Shown here: positions 35,785 through 45,692 of the stretch, piece by piece
Layout of the letters: every line of letters begins with the position of its first letter
How positions within the stretch are numbered: position 1 is the stretch's first letter
Assembly (NCBI GenBank): GCA_029931975.1
Contig: JAOZQY010000003.1
Coordinates: 67,420 to 131,419, forward strand
Reading direction: 5' to 3'
From: Bacteroidales bacterium
GTDB lineage: Bacteria; Bacteroidota; Bacteroidia; Bacteroidales; GCA-2748055
Length of the DNA: 64,000 nucleotides
Notes under the pieces: generated by a model
Told to the model about the DNA's origin: nothing
Databases searched by the model: none
The model's input: only the letters and a program-made list of their open reading frames with translations
Translations under genes and position numbers: made by a program

Positions 35785-37506
35785 ATGCTTAAAAATATAG
35801 AGAAAAGTACCCGGAGATGGCTACTTCTATTGATTATCCTGGTACTTTCGACTGCCTGCAAAAGAGATCAAATTACAGTAAGTATTGCAGTTACAACAGA
35901 TGTACATGGGATGATTTACCCCTATGACTTCATTGGTCGGAAAACTTCCGATAACTCTCTTGCCCATATATACTCTTATGCTTCCATGCAGCGGCAAAAA
36001 ACAGACACAACATTTTTCCTTCTGGATAATGGCGATTTTCTGCAGGGCCAGCCCACCGTATACTATTATAACTTTGTGGATACTCTTGAAGAACACCTCT
36101 CGGCCCGGGTAATGAATTTCATGGGCTATAATGCTGCTTCGGTCGGGAATCATGATATAGAAGCAGGGCCCCGGGTTTATGACAGGATACGGACTTCATT
36201 TGACTTTCCCTGGTTGGCTGCAAATGCGGTAAACACATCGTCCGGCCTACCTTACTTTGAACCATATACCATCCTGAAGGCCGGCAGGATCAAGATTGCT
36301 GTGCTTGGCATGATTACCCCGGGAATCCCTGGCTGGCTTCCCAAAAACCTCTGGCCTGATATGGAATTCCTGGACATGACCGAAACAGCCCGTGAATGGA
36401 TACCACGAATCATGGAAGAGGAAGATCCTGACCTCCTGGTGGGACTCTTCCACTCGGGCACCGATGCTTCTTATGGAGGAAATCCGGATCCATACCTGAA
36501 CGAAAATGCTGTGATGCTGGTCGCTGAAGAGGTGCCGGGCTTTGATATCATATTCGCCGGACACGATCACAAACTTTCCTGCCAATGGGTAATCAACAAT
36601 GTGGGAGATAGCGTTCTGGTCATGGACCCGGGCAGTCATGGACGCTTTGCAGGCGAAGCAATCATTAACTTTACAAAGGAAAATAGGAGCATTACCGGAC
36701 AGAATATAAGCATGGAAAACTTCGAAGCATCCGAAAGTTTCCAAAAACAATTTAATCCCGAATTTGCCACCATTTCCCATTATCTTCAGGACACCATTAC
36801 CTGGCTTGCAGAGGAGATGGATGGATTGGATGCCATATTTGGCCCATCCTCCATGATGACACTGATCCATCGGCTGCAACTGGACCTGAGCGGGGCGCAG
36901 ATCTCTTTTACCGCCCCCCTCTCCATTCATGCAAAGCTGGAAGCAGGGCCAGTCCTTGTCTCTGACATGTTTAAACTCTATCGCTTCGAAAACATGCTGT
37001 ACAGGATGCAACTTACAGGAGCGGAAATAAATGGATTCCTCGAGCATGCAACAGGATTATGGTTCAATACCATGAGCTCCCCAGGAGATCATCTTCTGAA
37101 GTTTATACCCGGGCAAACCGGAAGCTTGGCTGGCCCCTATTATAACTTCTCATCGGCAGCCGGAATAAATTACACCGTTGATGTTACAAAGAATGCCGGG
37201 GATCGCGTAGAAATTCAGTCCTTATCTGACGGAAGCCCCTTTAATAAGAAGGCAAGCTACAGTGTGGCTGTAAATTCCTATCGCGGAAACGGGGGTGGTG
37301 GACACCTGACTACCGGTGCCGGAATCCCAAAGGAGGAACTTGCAGACCGTATCTCCTGGTCCACCGATCGTGACCTTCGTTATAACCTGATGGAGTATCT
37401 CCATCGTCACGATACACTTTACCCGGATGTTCTTGACAACTGGTCCTGCATCCCTGCTCATTTCTCCGTACCAGCCTCTTTATCTGACCGTAAGGATTTA
37501 GATTAA
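35785..37506 (+). CDS. Bifunctional 2',3'-cyclic-nucleotide phosphodiesterase / 5'-nucleotidase (CpdB-like) lipoprotein
   Basis: TTDVHG, LDNGDFLQG, GNHD, AGHDH and NSYRGNGGG. The ATG at 35785 lies downstream of a TAAATTTG box at 35751. Confidence 0.9.
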   Translation: MLKNIEKSTRRWLLLLIILVLSTACKRDQITVSIAVTTDVHGMIYPYDFIGRKTSDNSLAHIYSYASMQRQKTDTTFFLLDNGDFLQGQPTVYYYNFVDTLEEHLSARVMNFMGYNAASVGNHDIEAGPRVYDRIRTSFDFPWLAANAVNTSSGLPYFEPYTILKAGRIKIAVLGMITPGIPGWLPKNLWPDMEFLDMTETAREWIPRIMEEEDPDLLVGLFHSGTDASYGGNPDPYLNENAVMLVAEEVPGFDIIFAGHDHKLSCQWVINNVGDSVLVMDPGSHGRFAGEAIINFTKENRSITGQNISMENFEASESFQKQFNPEFATISHYLQDTITWLAEEMDGLDAIFGPSSMMTLIHRLQLDLSGAQISFTAPLSIHAKLEAGPVLVSDMFKLYRFENMLYRMQLTGAEINGFLEHATGLWFNTMSSPGDHLLKFIPGQTGSLAGPYYNFSSAAGINYTVDVTKNAGDRVEIQSLSDGSPFNKKASYSVAVNSYRGNGGGGHLTTGAGIPKEELADRISWSTDRDLRYNLMEYLHRHDTLYPDVLDNWSCIPAHFSVPASLSDRKDLD

Positions 37507-37615
37507 ACAGACAGGCTTAGAATTAATATTTATTTCTAGTTTTACACCAGTGTTTTGAGATACAAAAAACATTTTTCAAACTCATGGGTTCTATTTATGC
37601 ATAAAGATTTGAAGC

Positions 37616-39175
37616 ATGGATGTGAAAGGAAAAAACTTTAGCCGTTTTCTGGAAAGACAACAGGCACACAATGACCAGCACGACGCCAGAGCAGAGGCGA
37701 AACAACACTCCAAAGGAAAGCTGACTGCCTGGGAAAGAATTGATATATTGTTTGACGAAGATACATTTGAGGAAGTTGATGCTTTTGTGACCGCTGATAA
37801 AGCCAACACAGGATTTGGAAAAGTACAGCAGGCCTTTGGAGACGGAGTTATCATTGGTCACGGACTCATTCGAGGGAGGCTCACTTTTGCCTATGCGCAG
37901 GATTTCACCGTGATGGGTGGTTCTCTGGGTACGGTCCATGCAGCCAAAATCATGAAGATCCAGGATATGGCTCTGAAAATGGGAGCTCCTATGATCGGTC
38001 TTATTGACTCGGGAGGTGCCCGTATCCAGGAGGGCGTTGCAAGTCTCGCCGGATATGCAGGTATCTTTTACAGGAATGTTCAGTCGTCCGGGGTCATTCC
38101 CCAGATCTCAGTTATTTTGGGACCTGCTGCCGGTGGAGCCGTATACTCACCCTCTATCACCGACTTTGTATTTATGACCGACCAGACCAGTTATATGTTT
38201 GTAACCGGCCCCAATGTGGTGAAAGAAGTGCTGAATGAGGATGTCAGCCTCAACGATCTGGGTGGCGCCGGGGTCCACTCCAAAAAGAGCGGTGTGGCCC
38301 ACCTGATTTATCCCGATGAAGAGAACACCCTGATGGGGGTCCGCCAGTTACTGGCTTATCTTCCCTCCAACAACATGGAGAATTCGCCTGAAATGGAGTT
38401 ATCAGACGACGAAACCGCAGACTTTGAAGAGATATTAAGGGATATTGTACCCGACGATCCTAATAAACCCTATGATGTAATTGATGTTATCAGGCAGATT
38501 GTAGATAAGCGTAGCTTTTATGAGATTGCCGAAAACTATGCCCAGAACATTGTCATCGGTTTTGGACGACTGGATGGAAAAGTGATTGGCATCGTGGCCA
38601 ATCAACCCAAAGTACTGGCAGGAACCCTCGATATCAACTCCTCCAGTAAGGGTGCTCGTTTTATCCGATTCTGCGACACCTTCAATATTCCTCTATTAAT
38701 CCTGGAGGATGTTCCGGGCTTTCTACCTGGCATTGACCAGGAGCACAATGGAATCATCAGGCACGGCGCCAAAATGCTCTATGCATTTGCCGACGCCACT
38801 GTTCCCAGGATCACTGTCATCCTCAGAAAATCATATGGAGGAGCCTATTGTGTAATGAACAGTAAGAATCTGGGAGGTGATTTTAATTTTTCCTGGCCCA
38901 CAGCAGAAATAGCAGTGATGGGCCCCGAAGGAGCCGTTGCTATTCTTTACAGAAAAGAGCTGGACGATTCAGATGATCCTGCTGCCATGAAGAAAGAGCT
39001 GGCAACAAAGTATCGCAGTGAGATTGCCAACCCCTATGTGGCCGAAGAGCGAGGTTTCATCGATGAAGTAATCGATCCTGCCGAGACCAGACTTAAACTG
39101 ATCCGTGCCTATGAGGCTCTTGAAACAAAACATATTACTACCCCTGCCAGAAAGCATGGGAATATTCCTCTTTAA
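37616..39175 (+). CDS. Acyl-CoA carboxylase carboxyltransferase subunit (PccB/MmdA-like)
   Basis: QDFTVMGGSLG, DSGGARIQEG, DVPGFLPG and RKHGNIPL. Confidence 0.95.
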   Translation: MDVKGKNFSRFLERQQAHNDQHDARAEAKQHSKGKLTAWERIDILFDEDTFEEVDAFVTADKANTGFGKVQQAFGDGVIIGHGLIRGRLTFAYAQDFTVMGGSLGTVHAAKIMKIQDMALKMGAPMIGLIDSGGARIQEGVASLAGYAGIFYRNVQSSGVIPQISVILGPAAGGAVYSPSITDFVFMTDQTSYMFVTGPNVVKEVLNEDVSLNDLGGAGVHSKKSGVAHLIYPDEENTLMGVRQLLAYLPSNNMENSPEMELSDDETADFEEILRDIVPDDPNKPYDVIDVIRQIVDKRSFYEIAENYAQNIVIGFGRLDGKVIGIVANQPKVLAGTLDINSSSKGARFIRFCDTFNIPLLILEDVPGFLPGIDQEHNGIIRHGAKMLYAFADATVPRITVILRKSYGGAYCVMNSKNLGGDFNFSWPTAEIAVMGPEGAVAILYRKELDDSDDPAAMKKELATKYRSEIANPYVAEERGFIDEVIDPAETRLKLIRAYEALETKHITTPARKHGNIPL

Positions 39176-39184
39176 ATCTCGTCC

Positions 39185-40687
39185 ATGAAAATTAAGAGTA
39201 TACTGATAGCCAACCGGGGCGAGATCGCCATCCGGATTATCAAGACCGCCAAAAAAATGGGCATCCGGTCCTATGTGATAAAAACAGCAAAGGAACCAGG
39301 TGCCTGGTACCTGGAAGAGGCTGATGAAATCATTGATTTCTCAGAGAAATTCGATGAGACAATCCCGGAATTTCTGGATATTGAACGCATCATCAAAAGT
39401 GCTAAGAAGCACAAAGTTGATGCCATTCATCCCGGTTATGGGTTCCTTGCCGAGAATCCCGGTTTTGCAAAAAGATGTGAAGAAGAAAAGATCGCTTTCA
39501 TCGGTCCTTCCCACGATGCCATCTACCGGATGGGGCATAAAACCATAGCCAAAGAACTGGCCAGAGAAAGCAATGTTCCTTTACTGGGAGGAAGTCCCGG
39601 AGCTGTAGCCGATGCTGAAGAGGCCAGAAAATTCGCCAATGAAATTGGCTATCCGGTGATCCTGAAAGCTGCTGCCGGCGGAGGAGGCCGGGGCATGCGT
39701 GTGGTGGAGAAGGAGAAAGATATTGAACGGATGTTTAACCTGGCTACCAATGAGGCCGAGAAAGCATTCAATAACCCCGATGTATTTCTTGAAAGATTTG
39801 TAAGGGAACCTCGTCATATAGAATTTCAGATTCTCGGCGATCAGCATGGAAACGTGGTGCACCTGGGCGAACGGGAATGCTCTATACAGCGAAAGCACCA
39901 GAAATTGCTGGAAGAATCCCCCTCCCCAGCACTTGATAAAGCCCTACGGAAGACGATGGGAGATGCAGCCATCAATATTGCAAAATCCGTGAATTACTAT
40001 TCTGCCGGGACCGTTGAATTCCTGCTGGACAAAGACAACAGTTTCTCCTTTATGGAGATGAATACACGCATCCAGGTGGAGCACCCGGTCACAGAAAAGG
40101 TTACCGGAATCGACCTCATCGAGCAAATGATTCGTATAGCAGAAGGTGAAAAACTTGCCTTTACCCAGAAGGATATCAAGCTAAATGGCTGGGCCATCGA
40201 GTGGAGGATCAACGCTGAAGATGTGCAATCAGGATTCTCTCCCAGCCTCGGGACCATTGAAAAAATATCATGGTCAGAGAATGAACATATAAGGGTGGAT
40301 ACGGGGGTCAGGGACGGATCGGTAATTACTCCCTACTACGACTCCATGATCGCCAAACTGATTGTACATGCAGAAACCCGGGAGAAAGCCTTACAACAGT
40401 CCAGTCTGGCCATTAAGAAATTCTGGATCAAAGGGACCAAAACAACCCTGGCATTTTGCAGGGCCGTTCTCCAAAACCGCAACTTCAGGAAAGGAAATTT
40501 CAACACCTCCTTTTTGAGTAAAGAGCTGAAACTCCATTACCACCAGGAACCCGATGAGGCATTGCTGGCTGCTTTTTTTGCAACCTATGATTATGCCCGG
40601 GAAATAAATGAAAATGAAGAGAAACCCCTTCATACGAAAAACGGCAATATGATTACACCCTGGGTGTTAAACAAACGCTTACGATAA
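39185..40687 (+). CDS. accC: Biotin carboxylase
   Basis: LIANRGEIA, HPGYGFLAEN, KAAAGGGGRGM, EMNTRIQVEHPVTE and YDSMIAK. Confidence 0.95.
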   Translation: MKIKSILIANRGEIAIRIIKTAKKMGIRSYVIKTAKEPGAWYLEEADEIIDFSEKFDETIPEFLDIERIIKSAKKHKVDAIHPGYGFLAENPGFAKRCEEEKIAFIGPSHDAIYRMGHKTIAKELARESNVPLLGGSPGAVADAEEARKFANEIGYPVILKAAAGGGGRGMRVVEKEKDIERMFNLATNEAEKAFNNPDVFLERFVREPRHIEFQILGDQHGNVVHLGERECSIQRKHQKLLEESPSPALDKALRKTMGDAAINIAKSVNYYSAGTVEFLLDKDNSFSFMEMNTRIQVEHPVTEKVTGIDLIEQMIRIAEGEKLAFTQKDIKLNGWAIEWRINAEDVQSGFSPSLGTIEKISWSENEHIRVDTGVRDGSVITPYYDSMIAKLIVHAETREKALQQSSLAIKKFWIKGTKTTLAFCRAVLQNRNFRKGNFNTSFLSKELKLHYHQEPDEALLAAFFATYDYAREINENEEKPLHTKNGNMITPWVLNKRLR

Positions 40688-40701
40688 ATCCGCATCAGCA
40701 T

Positions 40702-41238
40702 ATGGCACGTGCAGCAAAGAAGAAAAAAACAACCAGTCTCATAGCACTCAGCGCTACCAATAAAGCCTACGAGTTTAAAAAACCCCTGGAAAAAAAGATC
40801 AAATATCAAGGGGAGGTGGTGGAGATAAAACTTCATGAGGATTCCAAAGGATTCTCCTACATTGTCTGGAAGAAGAAAAAATACTTGCTCGATGTGATTG
40901 AGAAGAAACAGAACCGCTACACCATCATGATCAATGGTGTATGGCACTCCTTCACTGTGGAAACTCCAATCTCTCTGAAACGCAAAAGATACCTTGAGCA
41001 ACAGAACAATTCATCTTCCTCTGTCTCCATTGAGGCTCCCATGCCCGGAAAAATAATCGACATCATGGTTGAAGAAGGGGGAGAGGTAAAAGAGGGGGAA
41101 CCCATCATCATCCTTGAGGCCATGAAAATGCAAAACGAAATTACAAGCCATGTTACCGGCATCATTCATGCAATCTCTGTAAAAAAGAATGATTCGGTAA
41201 TGAAGGATGATGTCCTGATCGAGATCAAGAGAGCTTAA
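40702..41238 (+). CDS. Biotin carboxyl carrier protein
   Basis: APMPGKI and the EAMKM biotinylation motif. Confidence 0.93.
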   Translation: MARAAKKKKTTSLIALSATNKAYEFKKPLEKKIKYQGEVVEIKLHEDSKGFSYIVWKKKKYLLDVIEKKQNRYTIMINGVWHSFTVETPISLKRKRYLEQQNNSSSSVSIEAPMPGKIIDIMVEEGGEVKEGEPIIILEAMKMQNEITSHVTGIIHAISVKKNDSVMKDDVLIEIKRA

Positions 41239-41242
41239 GTTC

Positions 41243-41710
41243 CTAAGAAAAAAAGAGCTCTTCCAATACCTGATATTCAGGTCCGTGGGACCCCAGTATA
41301 CTTTGGTAAAATACCAACTTCTCAAAGAGCACCTTACTTTGAAAGCGCTTTCTCATCTCATCCAGCGTGTTATAGAACCTTGACAAATTCTGCATGCTCC
41401 TTACCCTGCCCAACGTCAGATGAGCTGTAAAAGCTTGATCTTGAATCGGAATGCCACATCCCTCCAATACCCGGTCCACATTGCTCTTAAGCAATGAAAA
41501 AAAGCTGCTTTGTTCAAATCCGACCCAGACCACCCTGGGCTTTTTTCTCGATCCAAAACTGCCTAGCAGGCTGAATTCCTGTAAGATTTTATCCGGAATA
41601 TGAACACCGGCACGCAGGGCATTCCCAATTTCCTTCACCTCAGATAACTTCATTTCACCGGTAAAACGAAGAGGTAGTCCGATAAATGTTCTAAAGTATT
41701 TACTTTCCAT
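41243..41710 (-). CDS. thpR: RNA 2',3'-cyclic phosphodiesterase (2H family), apparently with an internal deletion
   Basis: RTFIGL, PRVVWVG, FTAHLTLGRV and SILGSHGPEY. Only one of the two HxT motifs is present. Confidence 0.75.
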   Translation of the reverse strand: MESKYFRTFIGLPLRFTGEMKLSEVKEIGNALRAGVHIPDKILQEFSLLGSFGSRKKPRVVWVGFEQSSFFSLLKSNVDRVLEGCGIPIQDQAFTAHLTLGRVRSMQNLSRFYNTLDEMRKRFQSKVLFEKLVFYQSILGSHGPEYQVLEELFFS

Positions 41711-41779
41711 GTATATTACCGCCAGTTTTCCATAAATTGTCAGATACAAAAATATCAAATCGTCTAAAACCATGAACCT

Positions 41780-42430
41780 ATGAAGAAATTTGCAGTTTTG
41801 CTATCGGGATGTGGTGTTTTTGATGGCGCCGAAATTCATGAGGCCACCCTGAGCCTGCTGGCCATTGTCAGGCAGGGATGCAGCTACGAGATTTTTGCAC
41901 CTGATATCAATCAGCATCACGTAATAAACCACATTACAGGTGAAGAGATGGATGAGACCAGAAATGTTCTGATAGAGTCGGCACGTATCGCACGTGGCAA
42001 TATCAGGAATCTGAAACAGTTCAACCCGGCTTCATTCGACGGACTGCTGCTTCCAGGTGGATTCGGTGCTGCAAAGAACCTCTCAACGTGGGCCTTTGAA
42101 GGCTCCGACGCCTCCGTTCTTCCTGAGGTAGAAGAGGCTATAAAAGGGATGGTTGCACTGAAAAAGCCTGTGGGCGCCCTCTGTATTTCTCCAGTCATCC
42201 TGGCCCAAGTACTTGGTAATGTTCATTTAACCATCGGTGATGATGAAAGCACCATCGATGCACTGGAATCGCTGGGTGCAAACCATGTCTATACCACCCA
42301 TGGCGAAGTGGTGGTGGATCCCGACCACATGCTGGTTACTACGCCATGCTATATGCTGGATGCCAACATCGGGCAGATTGCAGATGGTGCCAACAACATG
42401 GTGGATGCCATGATTAAGCTGATGAAATAG
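41780..42430 (+). CDS. elbB: ElbB / ES1-like glyoxalase (DJ-1/PfpI family)
   Basis: LSGCGVFDGAEIHEA, ESARIARG, PGGFGAAKNL and TTPCYM. Confidence 0.93.
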   Translation: MKKFAVLLSGCGVFDGAEIHEATLSLLAIVRQGCSYEIFAPDINQHHVINHITGEEMDETRNVLIESARIARGNIRNLKQFNPASFDGLLLPGGFGAAKNLSTWAFEGSDASVLPEVEEAIKGMVALKKPVGALCISPVILAQVLGNVHLTIGDDESTIDALESLGANHVYTTHGEVVVDPDHMLVTTPCYMLDANIGQIADGANNMVDAMIKLMK

Positions 42431-42437
42431 CCCCTTT

Positions 42438-43250
42438 TTAGTAGTGAATCTGAGTTGAGGGCATGGATTCTTCCAGCCAGGATATTTTACCAGCAGGTAT
42501 CTGGTTACCGTTAATACTCAACTCCTTCAGATTTCCGGAAAGTAAAATGATTTCATCCGGCAAACTGGTCAGCTGATTATTTGAGAGATCCAGTTTCTCC
42601 AGGTTAAGCATATTCCCAATTCCTTCAGGTAAGCTGCTACATCCATTATGGGCCAGCTTTAGAACGGACAAATTACTCAGCTCGAAAAGCTGAACAGGGA
42701 AATGATTCAATGCATTTTTCTCCAGGTTAAGCGAGACAAGCTGATCCATTCTAATTATGGCAGATGGTATTTCAGTAATCTGGTTTTCAGAGAGATCGAG
42801 ACGTGCCAGCAAAGGCAACAGAAGTATTTGTTCCGGAAATACGGTCAGCTTGTTCCCCCTGCAATAAAATCCCTGAAGATAGTGAAGCGTGGATAGTTCT
42901 TCGGGCAGGTCTGCCAGGTCATTGTAGGATAAATCCAGTGTGGCCAGGTAGATGAAGTCCGCTATCCGGGGAGACAAATTTCCCATTTTTCTCCCGTGGA
43001 AGGATAGTTTGAGCACATTTTCAATCCCTTCTGCTTCAGCGGTTTGCATATCCTCATATCTTTTCGACCTGTACAGTTCAATCATCTCAGGAACCCTGGC
43101 ACTATCCACAGAAGGCTTTTCCGCTTCCAGAATAGCCCGGGAAGACTTCGAATCATTGGTACCCGAAATCGAACACGAGTAGGCAAAGATGACTAGCAAT
43201 GACATCAAAATGGGAATCACTTGTACATTATATCTAATTCTAATTTTCAT
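42438..43250 (-). CDS. Leucine-rich repeat lipoprotein
   Basis: Lipobox AYSC; about seven 23-aa LRRs (LxxLDLSxNxLxxLP). Confidence 0.88.
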   Translation of the reverse strand: MKIRIRYNVQVIPILMSLLVIFAYSCSISGTNDSKSSRAILEAEKPSVDSARVPEMIELYRSKRYEDMQTAEAEGIENVLKLSFHGRKMGNLSPRIADFIYLATLDLSYNDLADLPEELSTLHYLQGFYCRGNKLTVFPEQILLLPLLARLDLSENQITEIPSAIIRMDQLVSLNLEKNALNHFPVQLFELSNLSVLKLAHNGCSSLPEGIGNMLNLEKLDLSNNQLTSLPDEIILLSGNLKELSINGNQIPAGKISWLEESMPSTQIHY

Positions 43251-43364
43251 TTTCTAATTTTGATGCATGAATTGAGCTCCATTACCATACTGGATAATCA
43301 ATCAGGGTACGGTTTTTGAGCTATACAAAAATAGCCATTTATTAAGAACTAAGGAGCTTGAAAA

Positions 43365-43967
43365 TTGAAAGAATCGCTGAAATACATTGTGTGTATTGCA
43401 TTGTTCTTCTGGACAGGTCAAATCCTTTCAGCTCAGGAAAAGGAGCAGGATAGCAAACTCCTCACCAGGGGGATTATTCTGGAGGAAGATACTCTTGCCC
43501 TCATAGAATTACCGGGAGTAAGTATCTATGAGAAAATAGACTTTGATTACCTTTATCTGAAGCGAAGATACCGCAGGCTGATCAGGAATGTAAAAAAAGC
43601 ATACCCTTATGCAAAAATTGCCGGGGTCAGGCTAAGAGAACTTGATAATCACCTGGCCACTCTTGGTGATGAGGAGGAAATACAGGCTTTCATCGATGAG
43701 GCAGAGAAAGAGATCATGCAACAATTTGAGAAAGAGGTGAAACGCCTGACGGTAACCCAGGGGGTTATCCTGGTCAAACTAATCGACAGGGAGACGGGCA
43801 GAACTTCCTACCAGGTAATTAAAGAACTGAAAGGCAGACTGACTGCTTTTTTCTGGCAGGGAATCGCACGAATTTTCGGAAACAATCTTAAAACCGAATA
43901 TGATCCCGGGGGAAGCGACCGGATTATTGAAGATATAGTCCTGGGCATTGAAGCTGGCTTCATATAA
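43365..43967 (+). CDS. DUF4294-like secreted protein
   Basis: NVKKAYPYAK, LTVTQGVILVKLIDRETG and FFWQGIARIFGNNLK. Confidence 0.8.
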   Translation: MKESLKYIVCIALFFWTGQILSAQEKEQDSKLLTRGIILEEDTLALIELPGVSIYEKIDFDYLYLKRRYRRLIRNVKKAYPYAKIAGVRLRELDNHLATLGDEEEIQAFIDEAEKEIMQQFEKEVKRLTVTQGVILVKLIDRETGRTSYQVIKELKGRLTAFFWQGIARIFGNNLKTEYDPGGSDRIIEDIVLGIEAGFI

Positions 43968-43974
43968 TTGTAAG

Positions 43975-45642
43975 CTATTGCATCAGTAGTTTCCCACCTG
44001 CAACAGTTGCTCCGTGTTCGTTGGTCATGCGATAGATATACATACCAGACTCAAGCTTACTTCTCTCAAACTGGAAGCTGCTGTCATAGATATTATTGAT
44101 TACTCTGACAGCTTTACCGGTCATATCATAGATAGCAAAGCTGTGTACCATATCGTCTGTATTATCAAATTCAATGGTAGCAACATCCATCATTGGATTC
44201 GGATAAATCTTCACCTGCTTCATATCATTTGAAGCCTGCTGCCTGATACCGGTTGTAGTATTGGCTTTAGCCTGCACATCACCCAGAGAAAGGCTCCATC
44301 CGCTGGCCCAGTTTTGCTTGGGTTCAAATGCTCCTTTATAAGGAACTGCTTCAAACCAGGCATCCATACCAGTAAAATCAGCACCCCATACATCTCCACT
44401 GGCTGTTGGATTGGCAGCATCGACACCTGCATCAGCCACTTCGTTTCCAGCTGTAGCAAAGTAGCTGGCAAAAGCTGTTACGGCAGCAGGATCAACTGTA
44501 AACAGGTTGTTCTTATCATCATCCTGCTCAGAAACAACTTTTAAGATACCTGAACCTGTTCCATCAGAAACATTCTGGAAGATGCTATTTTCGATCTTCA
44601 GGATTTCTTCATCAGCCCACTGGCTGTAGGAACAAAGTCCGGTCGGATCACCTGCAGTGGCTCCTCCTGTGTTGTCGCGCCATTCAATATCAATCCCTTT
44701 GGCCTGCTCAGCAAAGATTGAATTCACATAGTGTCCTCCGGCATTGTCACGGAACGTTATGACGCGTTTGCCATCTGCTGCTCCCCGGCCCACATAAGTC
44801 ACGTTAGAGAAGAAGGGCTCAGCAAAAGGTTCTCCAAGCTCATTGGAACTTGGTCCACCATCATGCTCACCCAGACGATCACCAGCATCAGCACTTTGGA
44901 TGGCTGCCATGAACTGGTTCATGCCGGAGAAGCCCTCATCAAAGTCAAAGGAGTCATCGCCAACCCAGGCAACCAGGATGTGGTCACATTTGGGAGCTCC
45001 GCCAAACCATTCAATACCATCATCGGCATTGGCAACAACTTCAATATAGGAAAAAGTGGAAGCAGATCCGACTGCACCCAGAGTGAGTCCGTTGATCTCG
45101 TTCCCTTCACCAATATTAGTTCCGCCATGACGAATGGAAACATATTTCATCATACCGGAATTGTCATCTTCTACAGTGGTAGCTGCTCCGTACAAACCAC
45201 GGGTTTCAGAAGTAGGAATCCCTTCAATGGCTTTCTCGGCGGTACTGTTGTTGGTGGCCCCTTTACCGAGCACAATCACACCACCCCACAAACCGGTAGC
45301 CGCGTCGGCAACAGAACCATTCAGATCATCTGCCTCAGCAGTGAAAATAATGGGATTATCAGAAGTTCCATTGGCGATTATTTTACCACCCCGTGCAACA
45401 ACCAGAGCAGAAGCAAGCTCTTCCTGTCCCGGCTTCCCTTTAATTATAGTCCCAGCTTCAATAGTCAGTGTTTGTCCGTCATTAACAAAAACGAAACCAT
45501 CCAGGATGTACACATTGTCACTGGTCCAGCTCACCTCATTACCTGCTGCCAACATATGAGCATCAGTGATGGTAACATCAGCAGCTGCAAGGGTCATAGC
45601 CCAGGCAATTAATACTGCAAATAGCGTCGAAATTCTTTTCAT
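43975..45642 (-). CDS. T9SS type A sorting domain protein with a beta-helix-like core
   Basis: Signal peptide; LTIEAGT, WGGVIVLG, EINGLTLGAVG, ADDGIEWFGG and GDDSFDFDEG. CTD: IYPNP..YDMTGK..LESGMYIY..KLLMQ. Confidence 0.85.
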   Translation of the reverse strand: MKRISTLFAVLIAWAMTLAAADVTITDAHMLAAGNEVSWTSDNVYILDGFVFVNDGQTLTIEAGTIIKGKPGQEELASALVVARGGKIIANGTSDNPIIFTAEADDLNGSVADAATGLWGGVIVLGKGATNNSTAEKAIEGIPTSETRGLYGAATTVEDDNSGMMKYVSIRHGGTNIGEGNEINGLTLGAVGSASTFSYIEVVANADDGIEWFGGAPKCDHILVAWVGDDSFDFDEGFSGMNQFMAAIQSADAGDRLGEHDGGPSSNELGEPFAEPFFSNVTYVGRGAADGKRVITFRDNAGGHYVNSIFAEQAKGIDIEWRDNTGGATAGDPTGLCSYSQWADEEILKIENSIFQNVSDGTGSGILKVVSEQDDDKNNLFTVDPAAVTAFASYFATAGNEVADAGVDAANPTASGDVWGADFTGMDAWFEAVPYKGAFEPKQNWASGWSLSLGDVQAKANTTTGIRQQASNDMKQVKIYPNPMMDVATIEFDNTDDMVHSFAIYDMTGKAVRVINNIYDSSFQFERSKLESGMYIYRMTNEHGATVAGGKLLMQ

Positions 45643-45692
45643 TTTATTTTGTTTTAAGTATTTAAATAAGGCTGCAATTTTCGGAGGTCATA

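Noticed and set aside
37616-41238. Three-gene biotin-dependent carboxylase operon
   Set aside because: An ordinary acyl-CoA carboxylase arrangement; the substrate cannot be read from the sequence.
42438-43250. LRR lipoprotein as a possible defence or host-interaction gene
   Set aside because: A short stand-alone LRR with no NTPase, TIR or nuclease partner; common in Bacteroidota.
9688-45612. Long antisense ORFs (e.g. 9688-10443, 13283-14113, 36247-37047, 44731-45612)
   Set aside because: They lie opposite well-supported genes, show no recognisable motifs and are expected from codon bias.
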